Positions 19,302 through 29,246 are shown, counted from the stretch's first letter. The stretch is DNA of 64,000 nt from Candidatus Kerfeldbacteria bacterium (GCA_963731735.1 CAVSWO010000002.1:529-64528), one strand, 5' to 3'. The notes: generated from the letters alone by a model not told the origin. Translations and numbers: made by a program.

Positions 19302-19978
19302 TGCGGTTGGGATTCAATTGTCGCTTGCTGTATCACGTCTCCAACCGCAATTGACTGGACGACGTCCTGACCGGCAGTCACCCGGCCAAAGATCGTATAC
19401 GCCTTGGGTAAATCGCGATCAGCCAGCATGATAAAAAATTGGGATCCGTTGGTGTTCGGTCCGGCGTTCGCCATCGCCACGGTGCCGGTGGTGTAGTCGC
19501 CGGTCACCGGTTCATCCGGAAATTGATAGCCCGGTCCGCCGGTTCCCCACCGCTCCGAACTGATCGAGGCATCCTTGGTTTGCGGATCGCCAGCCTGAAT
19601 CACAAAACCCGGTTCCACCCGGTGCCAAATAATCCCGTCGTAAAATTTCTGCTGGACCAGGTAAATAAAGTTACTGACGGCCAGCGGCGCCTGGTCGGGC
19701 AGGAGTTCGATGACGATATCGCCTTTGGTGGTGGTCAGGCGGACTTGTTTATGCTGAATTTCCTGGTCGGGTAGTTTACCCGGAAATGTATATCCCATAG
19801 TGCTTTTGGCTTGGTTAATATTGATCGGGTTGGGTGCTTGGGTATTAGTGGTATTTGTCAGGTTGGTGTTGGCCGGGGCCGGTAATCGAAAATTGGTCAG
19901 CCCCAAAATGACCGCCGCGACGATGATTACGCCGGCTCCAATTAGTTGGACTTGGCTGTCTTTGATCGGATTTTTCAT
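19298..19978 (-). CDS. Peptidyl-prolyl cis-trans isomerase, cyclophilin type, with an N-terminal TM and a Thr/Asn-rich linker.
   Basis: FHRVEPGFVIQAGDP...GTVAMANAGPNTNGSQFFI cyclophilin motifs. Confidence 0.85.
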   Translation of the reverse strand: MKNPIKDSQVQLIGAGVIIVAAVILGLTNFRLPAPANTNLTNTTNTQAPNPININQAKSTMGYTFPGKLPDQEIQHKQVRLTTTKGDIVIELLPDQAPLAVSNFIYLVQQKFYDGIIWHRVEPGFVIQAGDPQTKDASISSERWGTGGPGYQFPDEPVTGDYTTGTVAMANAGPNTNGSQFFIMLADRDLPKAYTIFGRVTAGQDVVQSIAVGDVIQQATIESQPQ

Positions 19979-21153
19979 CAGGCATTCGGTGCTTGGGCGT
20001 GCTGGGCAGACAGCCAGGCTAACGGATCATACCAAGCGGATAAATCAGACTCGTGACTGACGTAACCGCGGATATCTGTGCTTTTGCCTTTAAGCAGGCC
20101 AAAGTGTAAATGCATCCGTTCGCTGTCCGTTTCGGCCGTCCCGCCGGAACCCAAGACCGCCAGTTGTTCGGCCTGGCGGACGCTGGCGCCGGCTGGTTTA
20201 CGAACGGAAGCTAGCCGGATATGGCCGTACACGGCCGTGACGGTTTCATGATTGACCGTGTACTCGACCAACATGACGCCGCCATACCCGCTGGCCGTAC
20301 GGGCGGAACGAATCAGACCATCGGCAATCGCGTAGACCGGGACGTCGGTCCCCTGTTCGGCGGCTGTAGTTTCCGCATCAACCGCCGTGTGGTACCCGGT
20401 GAACCGCTCGGGCTGAATCGGCGAATTGGTCGGGGTAATATATTGGCCGAAAGTTTTTTTCGTGACCCGCCCGACAAAATTATCCATCGGGTAGACAACG
20501 GAACTGGTCGGGCCGGTCGAACCAAACTGCACGGATTTGACAAAGGCCTGAAATACGCTGTCCGACACGTCCGGCGCTTTGGCGAATGAATAAAAAATGG
20601 CCGGGTCCGCGTCCGAGGCGCGCAGGTCAATCACCGTATGCTGCTGCGTCCGCCAGGTCGGCTGATCGGTCAGGTCCGGGGCTGAGGATTTCTGTTGAAT
20701 TACCAGCGTCTTGGCCGGGTGATCATTGATCGTGCTGGTGGACTGCGAAATAACCTGAACCGTGTCTGGGGTTTGGAAATCGCTGGCCTGATAATACGTA
20801 ATAAAGAACTTCGAGTTCGTCAAACTCTCCCCAGCCGCGGTTGGATCATAGACATTAATGGCTCGACTGCCAGACCGGTATTCCACCACCCATCCCGAGG
20901 GAATCGAGGCCGAAAAATTAAAATTTGGATCGCGATCCTGGATATCATTGGTGGAAAATAGCGACGTATCGGTAATCGGCTGGAGATTGGTATTTTGCTG
21001 GTTGCCGTCGGTCACCTGGTCTGATTGATTTGTCACGTTTGCCAGATCGTTCAAGGTCGGGGCCACGGTTTTCCGATGCCCGACCAGCGCCCACCCGACC
21101 GCTAATACCAGGCCAATGGCCACGCCAATTACGAGATATTTCCAAGTCCGCAT
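19978..21153 (-). CDS. Membrane-anchored M23-family metallopeptidase.
   Basis: C-terminal YGHI...MHLHFGL (HxxxD / HxH) M23 motifs. Start taken at MRTWKYLVIGVAIG (TM). Confidence 0.8.
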   Translation of the reverse strand: MRTWKYLVIGVAIGLVLAVGWALVGHRKTVAPTLNDLANVTNQSDQVTDGNQQNTNLQPITDTSLFSTNDIQDRDPNFNFSASIPSGWVVEYRSGSRAINVYDPTAAGESLTNSKFFITYYQASDFQTPDTVQVISQSTSTINDHPAKTLVIQQKSSAPDLTDQPTWRTQQHTVIDLRASDADPAIFYSFAKAPDVSDSVFQAFVKSVQFGSTGPTSSVVYPMDNFVGRVTKKTFGQYITPTNSPIQPERFTGYHTAVDAETTAAEQGTDVPVYAIADGLIRSARTASGYGGVMLVEYTVNHETVTAVYGHIRLASVRKPAGASVRQAEQLAVLGSGGTAETDSERMHLHFGLLKGKSTDIRGYVSHESDLSAWYDPLAWLSAQHAQAPNA

Positions 21154-21273
21154 GCCTGTAGCATACACAATTTTAGCAATTTCATCCACGCCGATTGATT
21201 GACACTCAATTCCGACCGTGGTAAAGCAATCGCAACGTTGTGTTCCTTCCAACTCGTTGTCCTGGAGGTTCGT

Positions 21274-22779
21274 ATGGACTGCCGTCTTCGTCATCAGTTG
21301 CAACCGCTGCAACCCCTGGCGCTGTCCCCAAACTTGTCGGTGGGTCAGGTGGTAGCTCAGCTCCGTCATTGCGCCATCGGCGCCCGTCACCTCGGTGAGG
21401 TAGCCGACACGCTCACGCATTTTGTGCAAACCGGTCAACCGCCACTCTTGATTACCGATCATCGGCTCAATACGCCGCTCGGCTTGCTGCTCCGGAATTG
21501 GGTCAAAGCCGGTTGGGCCCGCGGTTTGGTCTCGCCGGATGCGCTGATCCGGGATCGCTACCGCTCCACCCCGACAGCCGTTGTGATTGGCTTGTTGCCG
21601 GAGCGGATTGAATGCGAGGTGCTCAAGCGCTGCACCCGAACGATCTTCATCAACCCATACGGGTACGCCGCGCCCGGCCAGATCCGAGACGGAAGCTTTC
21701 CGGACGTGGTCTTTTCCGACCCGACCTTTGTCTTACCGGTCTTGTCGGCCGTCTTGGATGAACGCCTGCGACACGATCCGATGAGCGTTTCCGAATTACT
21801 GCTACAGCTACAGCAGTTTGGAAAACTCGGTCAGGACGTAGCCGAAGGCGCCGAAACACTGCGGGTGATGGTCGAGGATCCCGAACTGACCGCGATCCTC
21901 ACGCTGTCTGGCATCATGACCGTCGCGAAAATGGGTCCGCTGATTTGTGACCTGATCGACCGCGGCATGGTTCAGGCCATCGTCAGCACCGGCGCACTCA
22001 TGGCGCACGGACTGGTTGAAGGCCAAGGACTGCAGCACTACCAGCACGACCCGCGATTTGATGACGCGCAGTTGGCCGCCGCCAAACTCAACCGGATTAC
22101 CGATTCGCTCGAGCCGGAAGAGAATTTGGACGAGACGGAAGCTATGATCCACCAGGTCATGCAAGCCTACGGTTCCAAGCTCGTTTCCAGTCCGGTTGAA
22201 CTCAACCACCGCATCGGTCAATACTTGACCGAACGGTATCCCGACCATCGAGCGATTCTGAAGTCTGCTTATCAGCGCGGCGTTCCAGTCCTGGTGCCGG
22301 CTCTGGTCGATTCCGAGCTCGGCAACGATATCTACGTCCGGAATCTCGAACGGGTCAAGCAGGGTTTACCGCGGCGAATCTTCGATCCATCGATTGATTC
22401 GGCCGGATTGGTCGAACTGGCCAGTCGAGCCACCCGGCTGGGAATTTTCACCATCGGGGGCGGCGTCCCTCGGAACTACGCCCAGAATGTCGCGCCCTTG
22501 ATCGAGATCATCAACGATCGGTTGATCGATAAAGTTCCGCTCTCCAAGTTTTCGATGGGTTGTCGGATTTGTCCCGACCCACAGCATCTCGGACACTTGA
22601 GCGGCTGCACCTATCACGAGGGCATGTCGTGGCGGAAGATGGAACTGGACGGCCGTTTCAGTGAGATCATGGCTGACGCGACCATGGTCTTTCCGTTCTA
22701 CGTCCAGTATCTTCTCGACCGGGCCCAAGTCCCGGCCAACAAACGCAATCATGTCTGCGAACTGCAGTTCGCGGATTAA
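21274..22779 (+). CDS. Deoxyhypusine-synthase-like family protein carrying an extra N-terminal domain of about 190 aa.
   Basis: The C-terminal ~320 aa are DHS-like (GGGVPRNYAQNVAPLIEI and others). GGAGG SD before the ATG at 21274. Confidence 0.75.
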   Translation: MDCRLRHQLQPLQPLALSPNLSVGQVVAQLRHCAIGARHLGEVADTLTHFVQTGQPPLLITDHRLNTPLGLLLRNWVKAGWARGLVSPDALIRDRYRSTPTAVVIGLLPERIECEVLKRCTRTIFINPYGYAAPGQIRDGSFPDVVFSDPTFVLPVLSAVLDERLRHDPMSVSELLLQLQQFGKLGQDVAEGAETLRVMVEDPELTAILTLSGIMTVAKMGPLICDLIDRGMVQAIVSTGALMAHGLVEGQGLQHYQHDPRFDDAQLAAAKLNRITDSLEPEENLDETEAMIHQVMQAYGSKLVSSPVELNHRIGQYLTERYPDHRAILKSAYQRGVPVLVPALVDSELGNDIYVRNLERVKQGLPRRIFDPSIDSAGLVELASRATRLGIFTIGGGVPRNYAQNVAPLIEIINDRLIDKVPLSKFSMGCRICPDPQHLGHLSGCTYHEGMSWRKMELDGRFSEIMADATMVFPFYVQYLLDRAQVPANKRNHVCELQFAD

Positions 22780-22787
22780 CCTTCACA

Positions 22788-22816
22788 CCCAGTGCCAACG
22801 GCGCTGGGTTTTTCTA
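22788..22816 (+). terminator. Rho-independent terminator after the DHS-like gene.
   Basis: cccagtgcc-aac-ggcgctggg followed by ttttt. Confidence 0.7.
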
Positions 22817-22821
22817 TCAAG

Positions 22822-22850
22822 TTGACCCGAAGGAAACTTTTCCCTATACT
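22822..22850 (+). promoter_or_regulatory. Promoter TTGACC-N17-TATACT for tRNA-Gln.
   Basis: TTGACCcgaaggaaacttttcccTATACT, 11 nt upstream of the tRNA 5' end. Confidence 0.7.
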
Positions 22851-22861
22851 CGTTCCGTCCT

Positions 22862-22935
22862 TCCGGGATCGTCTAATGGTAGGACGCCAGGTTCTGGCCC
22901 TGGTAATTGGGGTTCGAATCCCTGTCCCGGAGCCA
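22862..22935 (+). tRNA. tRNA-Gln (anticodon CUG), with an encoded CCA.
   Basis: Manual cloverleaf: acceptor TCCGGGA/TCCCGGA, anticodon stem CCAGG/CCTGG with loop TTCTGGC, T-loop GGGGTTCGAATCCC, 3' GCCA. Confidence 0.85.
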
Positions 22936-23100
22936 TAGCGAAAGCGGCCGTCCGAGTGACGGACGTCTTCGCAATCGGGAGTCGGCAGGGATTCGAACGG
23001 GCAGAAGCGACCGAGCAAAGCTCGGGAGCGTCGATGAGCCGCCAGTGGCGGGTCGGCGCTGCCCAGGACAACGAGCCCCGCGAAAGCGGGGTGAGGCGGA

Positions 23101-23119
23101 AATCCCTGTCCCGGAGCCA
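23101..23119 (+). repeat. 19-nt perfect direct repeat of the tRNA-Gln 3' end (AATCCCTGTCCCGGAGCCA), 165 nt downstream of the tRNA.
   Basis: Read directly. The intervening 22936-23100 is GC-rich with hairpins and an inverted GGATTCGAAC motif. Confidence 0.9.
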
Positions 23120-23163
23120 ATTTTGTGTACTACGAAAAGCTGGCCACCACGTTATCCCATAGG

Positions 23164-24738
23164 TCACCGGTCTGGGCTGTTTTTTTCGGACTGATCGGAT
23201 GAACTTGGCGAAGTCAAGTCAAGTTTGGCCGGTGGCGGTGGCGCGGCTTGCTGACTCTGACCGTCCACCTGGACTTCCAGATGGACCGTCGTTTTCAGCA
23301 GTTCAGATAACTTTTCCTCCAAGCCATGGCGGTTTTTCGGATCAGTCAGTCGCGCCCGATGCAGCTCAAACGGAACCCCGAGATGAATCACCCCCGGGCC
23401 GACTGATGCAATCCAGGCTTGCTGTAATGACAATCGCAGGCTCGGCTGGTCGGGTGTGAGCACGGCTTGGGCTTTGGCCCAGGCTTGCTTGACGGCCGCT
23501 AGGTCGAGCGATTTGGTTGTCGGTTTGGCGGCCTGGGGTTTTTTTGTTGGTTTGGCGTCAGCCTTCGATGCTTTTGGTCCGGCCGTCGCGCTTGGCGGAG
23601 ACGTCGGGCGATCGGGAGGCGGAATCGGTGCGGTTCGTTCTTCGACCGGTAAGCCGATGGCCGCGAAGGCCAGCTCAAGCGGCACTTCCAACATGGCCCC
23701 ACGATATAAACGTCGTTCGGCCTCGGTCAACTGCCCAACCATTTCGGTCGCCTGCGACGTGCTAATTTGTTTGCCCATTGATAAAAGTTCGGTGACCGTA
23801 TCCTGGGTATAGGTTTGCACCGCTGAGTCAATCAGACTCGGATCAACTGTCGCCAGCAGCACTGCCCGACTCATGGTAATTAATTCATGCACTAGCACCG
23901 GAATATCTCCGCCCTCATCACAATATGCATGAAAGGCCCGGATTGCCTCAGCCGCCTGGCGATTAACCAGTGATTGCATAATTTGGGTAGTCAATTGTTC
24001 GTTCGAACGGGGCAGGATCAAGTCCGCCATTTCGCCCGTGACCGTCGTATCCTGGAACGCAAACAGTTGCCCGAGCATACTTTCGGCGTCGCGCAACGAA
24101 CCGCCGGCAAACCGCGCGATGCGCTCGGCTACTCCATCTTCCAACTTGCGTTTTTCCAGCTTGGCAATTTTCTGCAGCCGCTCGGCGATTTCCGTAACCG
24201 TCAGTTTTTTAAAATCGAATCGCTGCGTTCGGGAAATAATCGTCTCGGGAACCCGGTGAATTTCGGTGGTTGCCAAGATGAACATGGCGTGGGCTGGCGG
24301 TTCTTCCAGCAGTTTCAGCAGCGCGTTGAAGGCCGCCAGGGACAGCATGTGCACTTCGTCGATAATAAAAACTTTCATTTTTCCGTAGGACGGGGACGAA
24401 CGCGCGCTTTGAATAATATTTTCGCGGACGTTATCAACGCCGGTTTGCGAGGCGGCGTCAATTTCCACGATATCTAAATTTCGTCCCTCGAGCATCCCCC
24501 GGCAAGCCGCACAGGTATTGCATGGTTCACCATCGGCCTTCCGTTCCGGACAATTTACCGCCCGCGCCAACAAGCGCGCCACCGTGGTTTTCCCGATCCC
24601 GCGCGGTCCGGTAAACAAATAGGCATGCGCTAGCCGATCATGCGCCAGCGCATTCACCAAGGTAATCCGAATATGCTGCTGATTGACGAGTTCAGCGAAG
24701 GTGGTGGGTCGGTATTTTCGGTAAAGGGTTTCGGCCAT
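23164..24738 (-). CDS. dnaX: DNA polymerase III subunit gamma/tau.
   Basis: MAETLYRKYRP...AYLFTGPRGIGKTT... AAA+ clamp-loader motifs. 524 aa. Confidence 0.9.
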   Translation of the reverse strand: MAETLYRKYRPTTFAELVNQQHIRITLVNALAHDRLAHAYLFTGPRGIGKTTVARLLARAVNCPERKADGEPCNTCAACRGMLEGRNLDIVEIDAASQTGVDNVRENIIQSARSSPSYGKMKVFIIDEVHMLSLAAFNALLKLLEEPPAHAMFILATTEIHRVPETIISRTQRFDFKKLTVTEIAERLQKIAKLEKRKLEDGVAERIARFAGGSLRDAESMLGQLFAFQDTTVTGEMADLILPRSNEQLTTQIMQSLVNRQAAEAIRAFHAYCDEGGDIPVLVHELITMSRAVLLATVDPSLIDSAVQTYTQDTVTELLSMGKQISTSQATEMVGQLTEAERRLYRGAMLEVPLELAFAAIGLPVEERTAPIPPPDRPTSPPSATAGPKASKADAKPTKKPQAAKPTTKSLDLAAVKQAWAKAQAVLTPDQPSLRLSLQQAWIASVGPGVIHLGVPFELHRARLTDPKNRHGLEEKLSELLKTTVHLEVQVDGQSQQAAPPPPAKLDLTSPSSSDQSEKNSPDR

Positions 24739-24807
24739 ACAAAAACCAAGTCAGTGGACTGAGTGTACCGTAGTCACCCGCTCGGAGCAAGCCGGCCGAG
24801 CCGAACC

Positions 24808-25449
24808 TTAGCCTTCCGGCGATTCTTGAGCCTGCTCGGATTTTTTGATGATATTTTCAACCGCCGCCCAGCGGGTATCGCCGTCTTTCGGCACCAGCAC
24901 AACTACCTCATCGCCGTTTTCACCTTTAAAATAGGTGACCGAAGCCAGTAAGACTTTATAGGGCTTGCCGCCCGCCAGCACCTTATACTCACCGGTTTCC
25001 GAATCACGAACCAATTCGCCAATCAAACGCTGACGCTCAACCGGTCCAATTTGTTTATAGATAAATGACCCGTCGCGGGTGATAGTTAACTTGAGAACGT
25101 CGCCTTCAACTAATTTCGATTTTGACGCGTAGTTGGCCGGAACGGAATATTGTTTCCCATCCGGGCCGACCATATTCTGACCGTCAAAAACACCTTCAAT
25201 CACCCGCGCCCCTTCCGGATCGGCACTGGTGCTGAGTTGGGCCGCTTTCTGGCGAACCGTTGGACCGGCGGGCATCCCGGCCTGCCCGGCTAGGGCGCGG
25301 CGCAAAGCGGACAAACTATCTTCTACCTGTTCGATATAACGTAAAATCACATCCGGTTCAAGCTGATTAGCCGTCGGAGGCGTTGGTTCAGCGGTCGGAG
25401 TATCAGTCGGTGCTTCGGGTTGTACTATTGGTTGTTGGTCTTCTTCCAT
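24808..25449 (-). CDS. Hypothetical protein (Pro/Thr/Glu-rich N-terminus, folded C-terminal domain).
   Basis: 213-aa ORF upstream of dnaX; no motif recognised. Confidence 0.45.
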   Translation of the reverse strand: MEEDQQPIVQPEAPTDTPTAEPTPPTANQLEPDVILRYIEQVEDSLSALRRALAGQAGMPAGPTVRQKAAQLSTSADPEGARVIEGVFDGQNMVGPDGKQYSVPANYASKSKLVEGDVLKLTITRDGSFIYKQIGPVERQRLIGELVRDSETGEYKVLAGGKPYKVLLASVTYFKGENGDEVVVLVPKDGDTRWAAVENIIKKSEQAQESPEG

Positions 25450-25607
25450 GCGAATGTTTTTTCAATTTTTCTTTTTGGCTTTTCCAGCCCAAGCAGAATA
25501 CCAAATTTTCGCCGCTCTGCCAAACCCCCAGGTCACTCACCGCCTATACACAGGCTCTCCACATTGGAAAAGCAAAGAAAAAGGGACGACCGTAGCCGTC
25601 CCGAACT

Positions 25608-26114
25608 TCAGCTTGATGCGCGCATGTTGTGCAATCCCTCGTGCAGGACCACCCGCTCAAGCGGATCATCCGGATCATTGATCAGCTGGCGTTGCCCAAT
25701 CAGGGTGAAGGGTCGTGAGGTGTCCCAGCCGCGTTGCCGGAGAAAGTCCAGCACTCGGCGATCAGTCCCCAGTAGCGGCAAATCGAAAACGTTTTCGACC
25801 GAAACCCGACCTAGCACCCCGTCGGATGAAGCCGGCAACAAATCCCCGTCATCAACGCCCACGAAGTAGTACAGCACCAGTTCCCAATTGATGATGCACC
25901 GGGCGAACTCTACCAGTTCACGGTCAGCAATGCCTGATTCTTCTTTGACTTCCCGGTAGGCGCCAGCCGACGGAGATTCACCCGGCTTGATCTGGCCGCC
26001 GAGTCCGGTCCAGCGCCGGGCGAATTTCTTCATCTGCGGACTTCGCTCCAGCAGTACCAGATGGGTGGCCGGCTGGTGGCGTTGAAAAAACACGATCGTA
26101 TAGGCCGATTCCAT
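25608..26114 (-). CDS. NUDIX hydrolase.
   Basis: Nudix box GGQIKPGESPSAGAYREVKEESG. Confidence 0.8.
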   Translation of the reverse strand: MESAYTIVFFQRHQPATHLVLLERSPQMKKFARRWTGLGGQIKPGESPSAGAYREVKEESGIADRELVEFARCIINWELVLYYFVGVDDGDLLPASSDGVLGRVSVENVFDLPLLGTDRRVLDFLRQRGWDTSRPFTLIGQRQLINDPDDPLERVVLHEGLHNMRASS

Positions 26115-26181
26115 GATTTCCTCCAGTTCTCAAAGGTGCAACCTCCAATGGTCGCCACCTTAGCAAGGGCCGCCCAGCCGG

Positions 26182-26706
26182 TCAAACGCGATAGCGGTAG
26201 ACCACCACCCGGCCCTCGGGTTTCTCCCGGGCTTCCGGTGTCCATCCGGCAATTGAAAAGACTGCCGAAATAATTCGCGTTCCCGGCCGGAGTTCGCGTT
26301 TGAACTTCGGACCCAATTTTTTCATAGCCTCGGGCGTCAAAAAGCAAAATACCACATCGGCTGCCGACAAGTCTTGGTGAAAAAAATCCTGCAGCCGGAT
26401 CGACGCGCGCGTCCGGAGTCCGGCCGCCGCGATTCGCATCCAGGCCGCCAACCAAACTGGCAATGACAGCTCATACCCGATCGCCCGCAGGTTCGGGAAG
26501 CGCTTGGCCGCGGTGAGCAGAATCCGTCCGTCACCGGCCCCTAAATCCACAATCGTTTCGCCGTCCTTGAGCGCGGCCATGGTTAGCATCCGTTCCACGT
26601 CTCGACTGCGGGTTGGAACATACGGTGCCGCCCGCCAGGCACCCCAAGCGGTCGTGATCGCAGACACAACGACCACCAGTAATACGACCAGCCAGATCAG
26701 ACTCAT
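26182..26706 (-). CDS. Class I SAM-dependent methyltransferase with an N-terminal TM helix.
   Basis: IVDLGAGDGRILLTAA motif I. Confidence 0.7.
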   Translation of the reverse strand: MSLIWLVVLLVVVVSAITTAWGAWRAAPYVPTRSRDVERMLTMAALKDGETIVDLGAGDGRILLTAAKRFPNLRAIGYELSLPVWLAAWMRIAAAGLRTRASIRLQDFFHQDLSAADVVFCFLTPEAMKKLGPKFKRELRPGTRIISAVFSIAGWTPEAREKPEGRVVVYRYRV

Positions 26707-29246
26707 GTGCCGCGCGGTTCAGTCATCGGCATCGGAGCCGCCGCCACAGCTCCAAGCTGCGTGCGGGATAAAATTTCTTGTTCGACATAGGCTCGATCTT
26801 TGCCGTACCGTAATCGGGCGTATTCCCGAATCGCTTCAGCCATCCGCGGGTGGCCCGGTTGCGGCGGATAGGTTTGTAAATGAAATGGCGGCGCTTGGGT
26901 ATTATTAATCAGTAACCGGATGTAGGCGGTGTAGCGTTCTTGATTGACCAGGTCGAAAGCCGAGAAGGTCGGCTCAAATTGTTTGGCTAATATTTCGGCA
27001 TCCTCGACACCAACCCGGAAGGCGATCATCGTGCCGACGTTCCCGAGTACCGCTTCTTGCACTTTAGCATCACCAGCTTGGACCAGCTGTCCCATGTATT
27101 GATGGGCCATGGTCAGGTTCAGCCGGTATTTTCGCGCTTCGGATAAAATGGTGGCGATCGAGTCGGTGATAAAATTCTGAAACTCATCCAGGTAGAGATA
27201 GAAGTCCGGCCGCTGGTCTTCCGGCACGTTGGTCCGGGCCAAGGCCGCCATTTGTAACTTCGACACAATAATCAGGCCCAGCAAGTTGGCATTGACTTCG
27301 CCGACTTTGCCTTTGGCCAAATTGACCAGCAGAATTTTTCGGCCATCCATAATCTCCCGGAAGTTAAATCCCGAGCGCGGTTGACCGATGATATTCCGCA
27401 TCATGGCATTTTCCACGAACCGCCCGACTTTCGAAATCAAGTAGCCCAGCATTTCGGATTTATGGAAATCGGAGGTCTTGGCCATTTCCTTTTCCCAGAA
27501 AGCCCGGACGACTGGGTCTTTAACCTTGGCGACCTTGGCTTGCTGAAAAGCTTTATCCGTGAACATCCGCGGAATATCGGCAATCGTACCCGGATGCTCT
27601 TCGTCTTCCATTAGGGTCAGCATGGCATTGCGCATATTGTGTTCGAACATCGGTCCGACCATCTCGGGCGGAAAGAGTTTCATGAAAATCGCAATCATTT
27701 CCTGAACCGCGAAATCTCGCTCCTCCGGCGTTTTCGCTTCGAGCATATTCAAGCCCACCGGCCGTTCGGTATCACCCGGCTCAAACATAATCACATCGTG
27801 CATCCGTTCTTTCGGAATCCCCTCCAAAATATCTTCCACCAGGCTGCCATGCGGATCGACCACGCAGACGCCTTGACCGGACGCAATGTCCTGTTTAGCC
27901 ATCTCGGCCATCAGCACCGATTTTCCGGAACCGGTGGTGCCGACGATGTAGACATGGCGCCGGCGATCTTCCGCCGCCAAGCGAATTTGGTGATCTTCGC
28001 CACGATACAGATTGTGTCCCAGTAAAATGCCCTGGACCGGTAAATCTGCCGGCGCCCCGGCGCGTTTGGCCGCCAGCCATTCAATATTCGGGGCCGGCGT
28101 GTCCGGCAACGGAAAGTGGTATAAGCTGTTGACTTCCTCACTATTGAGAATCATGCCGTTCTGCGGGCGGAAGTGCCGATAGATGAAATCGTGAATCATC
28201 TGGCCGCCGTGAGCAATCGCGCGCGGCTTGAAACCGTTGCCCGAGTCGATGGCCGTAAACTGACTGAAGGCGTTGATAATATTTTCCAGGTGTATCCGCA
28301 CGTTGCGTTCATTCGGTGAAGCGGTCACGATCCGGATGTTGACGTCAAAGCCCGGCTTGCCGGCCTTGTCTTCCAGCGAACGCACCAAGGATTGTTCCAT
28401 CGGCGTTAATTGATGAGCCCCGCCGTATGCGTAGTCTGACTGTTTGGGCGTGGATTTGAGCGAAGCCGTCAGGAATCCGGTCATTGAGCTCCCCGATGTT
28501 TTGGCCGGTTGGCCAGCCTGCATCCGGTGGGCCAGCGCTTTGCCGGCCCGTTGCCAACCGGCCGACTTGGGACGTATCAAGAGTTGGATAGCCGCCCCTT
28601 CGTCTGGCTGCACTTTGCTCATAACATTCGCAATCGCGTAGAGCGGATCGCTTTCAAGTTGCTTGTAGGTCCGAATCGGATAAGCGGCTGGTTTCGTCAG
28701 CCGCATGGAGGTAGCTAAAATATGCGTTTGCGAGGCAAACAGATTATAGTCTACGACTTCCTCAATCTGGGCGTGCGGATACTGAGCTTGAATCTGGAGT
28801 TCAACCAATTGCCGCAGATCGCGCGGGACGCCCAGGTAAAAATGAATTCGCCCGTCGTGCGCGACCAGCTCCAAAGCCAGGTGTCGCGGCGTGCTAAACC
28901 AGAATTGATGCCAAGCTCGCGCCAGCGGGTTGCCGGCTTGATTCGGCCGCAGATTCCCGAGGGTGATAAACAGCGTTTCAAATCCTGCTAAGACTTCTTG
29001 CCACTCCTTATGCTCCAATTCTTTTCGCCAGGATTCTTTGGGTAAGCGCACTTTCAGCACCAAATATTCCAGGGCGGACGGAATCAACCGTTGCCGCTGT
29101 AACCACCAGCGCAATCCAAATACCACCCCAAGCACACCGAGTACTAACCCTAACCCAACCCACAGCCACGTCAATTGCGTAGCGGCTTGATGGGCCGCGC
29201 CAGTCAGCACGTTGGTATCTGGATTAAGACCCTGGGCGAGTAGCAT
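26703..29246 (-). CDS. VirD4/TraG/TraD-like type-IV coupling-protein-family P-loop ATPase (membrane-anchored).
   Basis: N-terminal TMs and Walker A VYIVGTTGSGKS. 847 aa with conjugative-coupling-protein-like architecture. The family call rests on pattern, not on alignment. Confidence 0.55.
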   Translation of the reverse strand: MLLAQGLNPDTNVLTGAAHQAATQLTWLWVGLGLVLGVLGVVFGLRWWLQRQRLIPSALEYLVLKVRLPKESWRKELEHKEWQEVLAGFETLFITLGNLRPNQAGNPLARAWHQFWFSTPRHLALELVAHDGRIHFYLGVPRDLRQLVELQIQAQYPHAQIEEVVDYNLFASQTHILATSMRLTKPAAYPIRTYKQLESDPLYAIANVMSKVQPDEGAAIQLLIRPKSAGWQRAGKALAHRMQAGQPAKTSGSSMTGFLTASLKSTPKQSDYAYGGAHQLTPMEQSLVRSLEDKAGKPGFDVNIRIVTASPNERNVRIHLENIINAFSQFTAIDSGNGFKPRAIAHGGQMIHDFIYRHFRPQNGMILNSEEVNSLYHFPLPDTPAPNIEWLAAKRAGAPADLPVQGILLGHNLYRGEDHQIRLAAEDRRRHVYIVGTTGSGKSVLMAEMAKQDIASGQGVCVVDPHGSLVEDILEGIPKERMHDVIMFEPGDTERPVGLNMLEAKTPEERDFAVQEMIAIFMKLFPPEMVGPMFEHNMRNAMLTLMEDEEHPGTIADIPRMFTDKAFQQAKVAKVKDPVVRAFWEKEMAKTSDFHKSEMLGYLISKVGRFVENAMMRNIIGQPRSGFNFREIMDGRKILLVNLAKGKVGEVNANLLGLIIVSKLQMAALARTNVPEDQRPDFYLYLDEFQNFITDSIATILSEARKYRLNLTMAHQYMGQLVQAGDAKVQEAVLGNVGTMIAFRVGVEDAEILAKQFEPTFSAFDLVNQERYTAYIRLLINNTQAPPFHLQTYPPQPGHPRMAEAIREYARLRYGKDRAYVEQEILSRTQLGAVAAAPMPMTEPRGT

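Noticed and set aside
22776-23194. Several 95-114-aa ORFs on both strands over the tRNA-Gln / repeat region.
   Set aside because: They overlap a clear tRNA and a structured GC-rich spacer, and the translations are Arg/Gly/Pro-rich.
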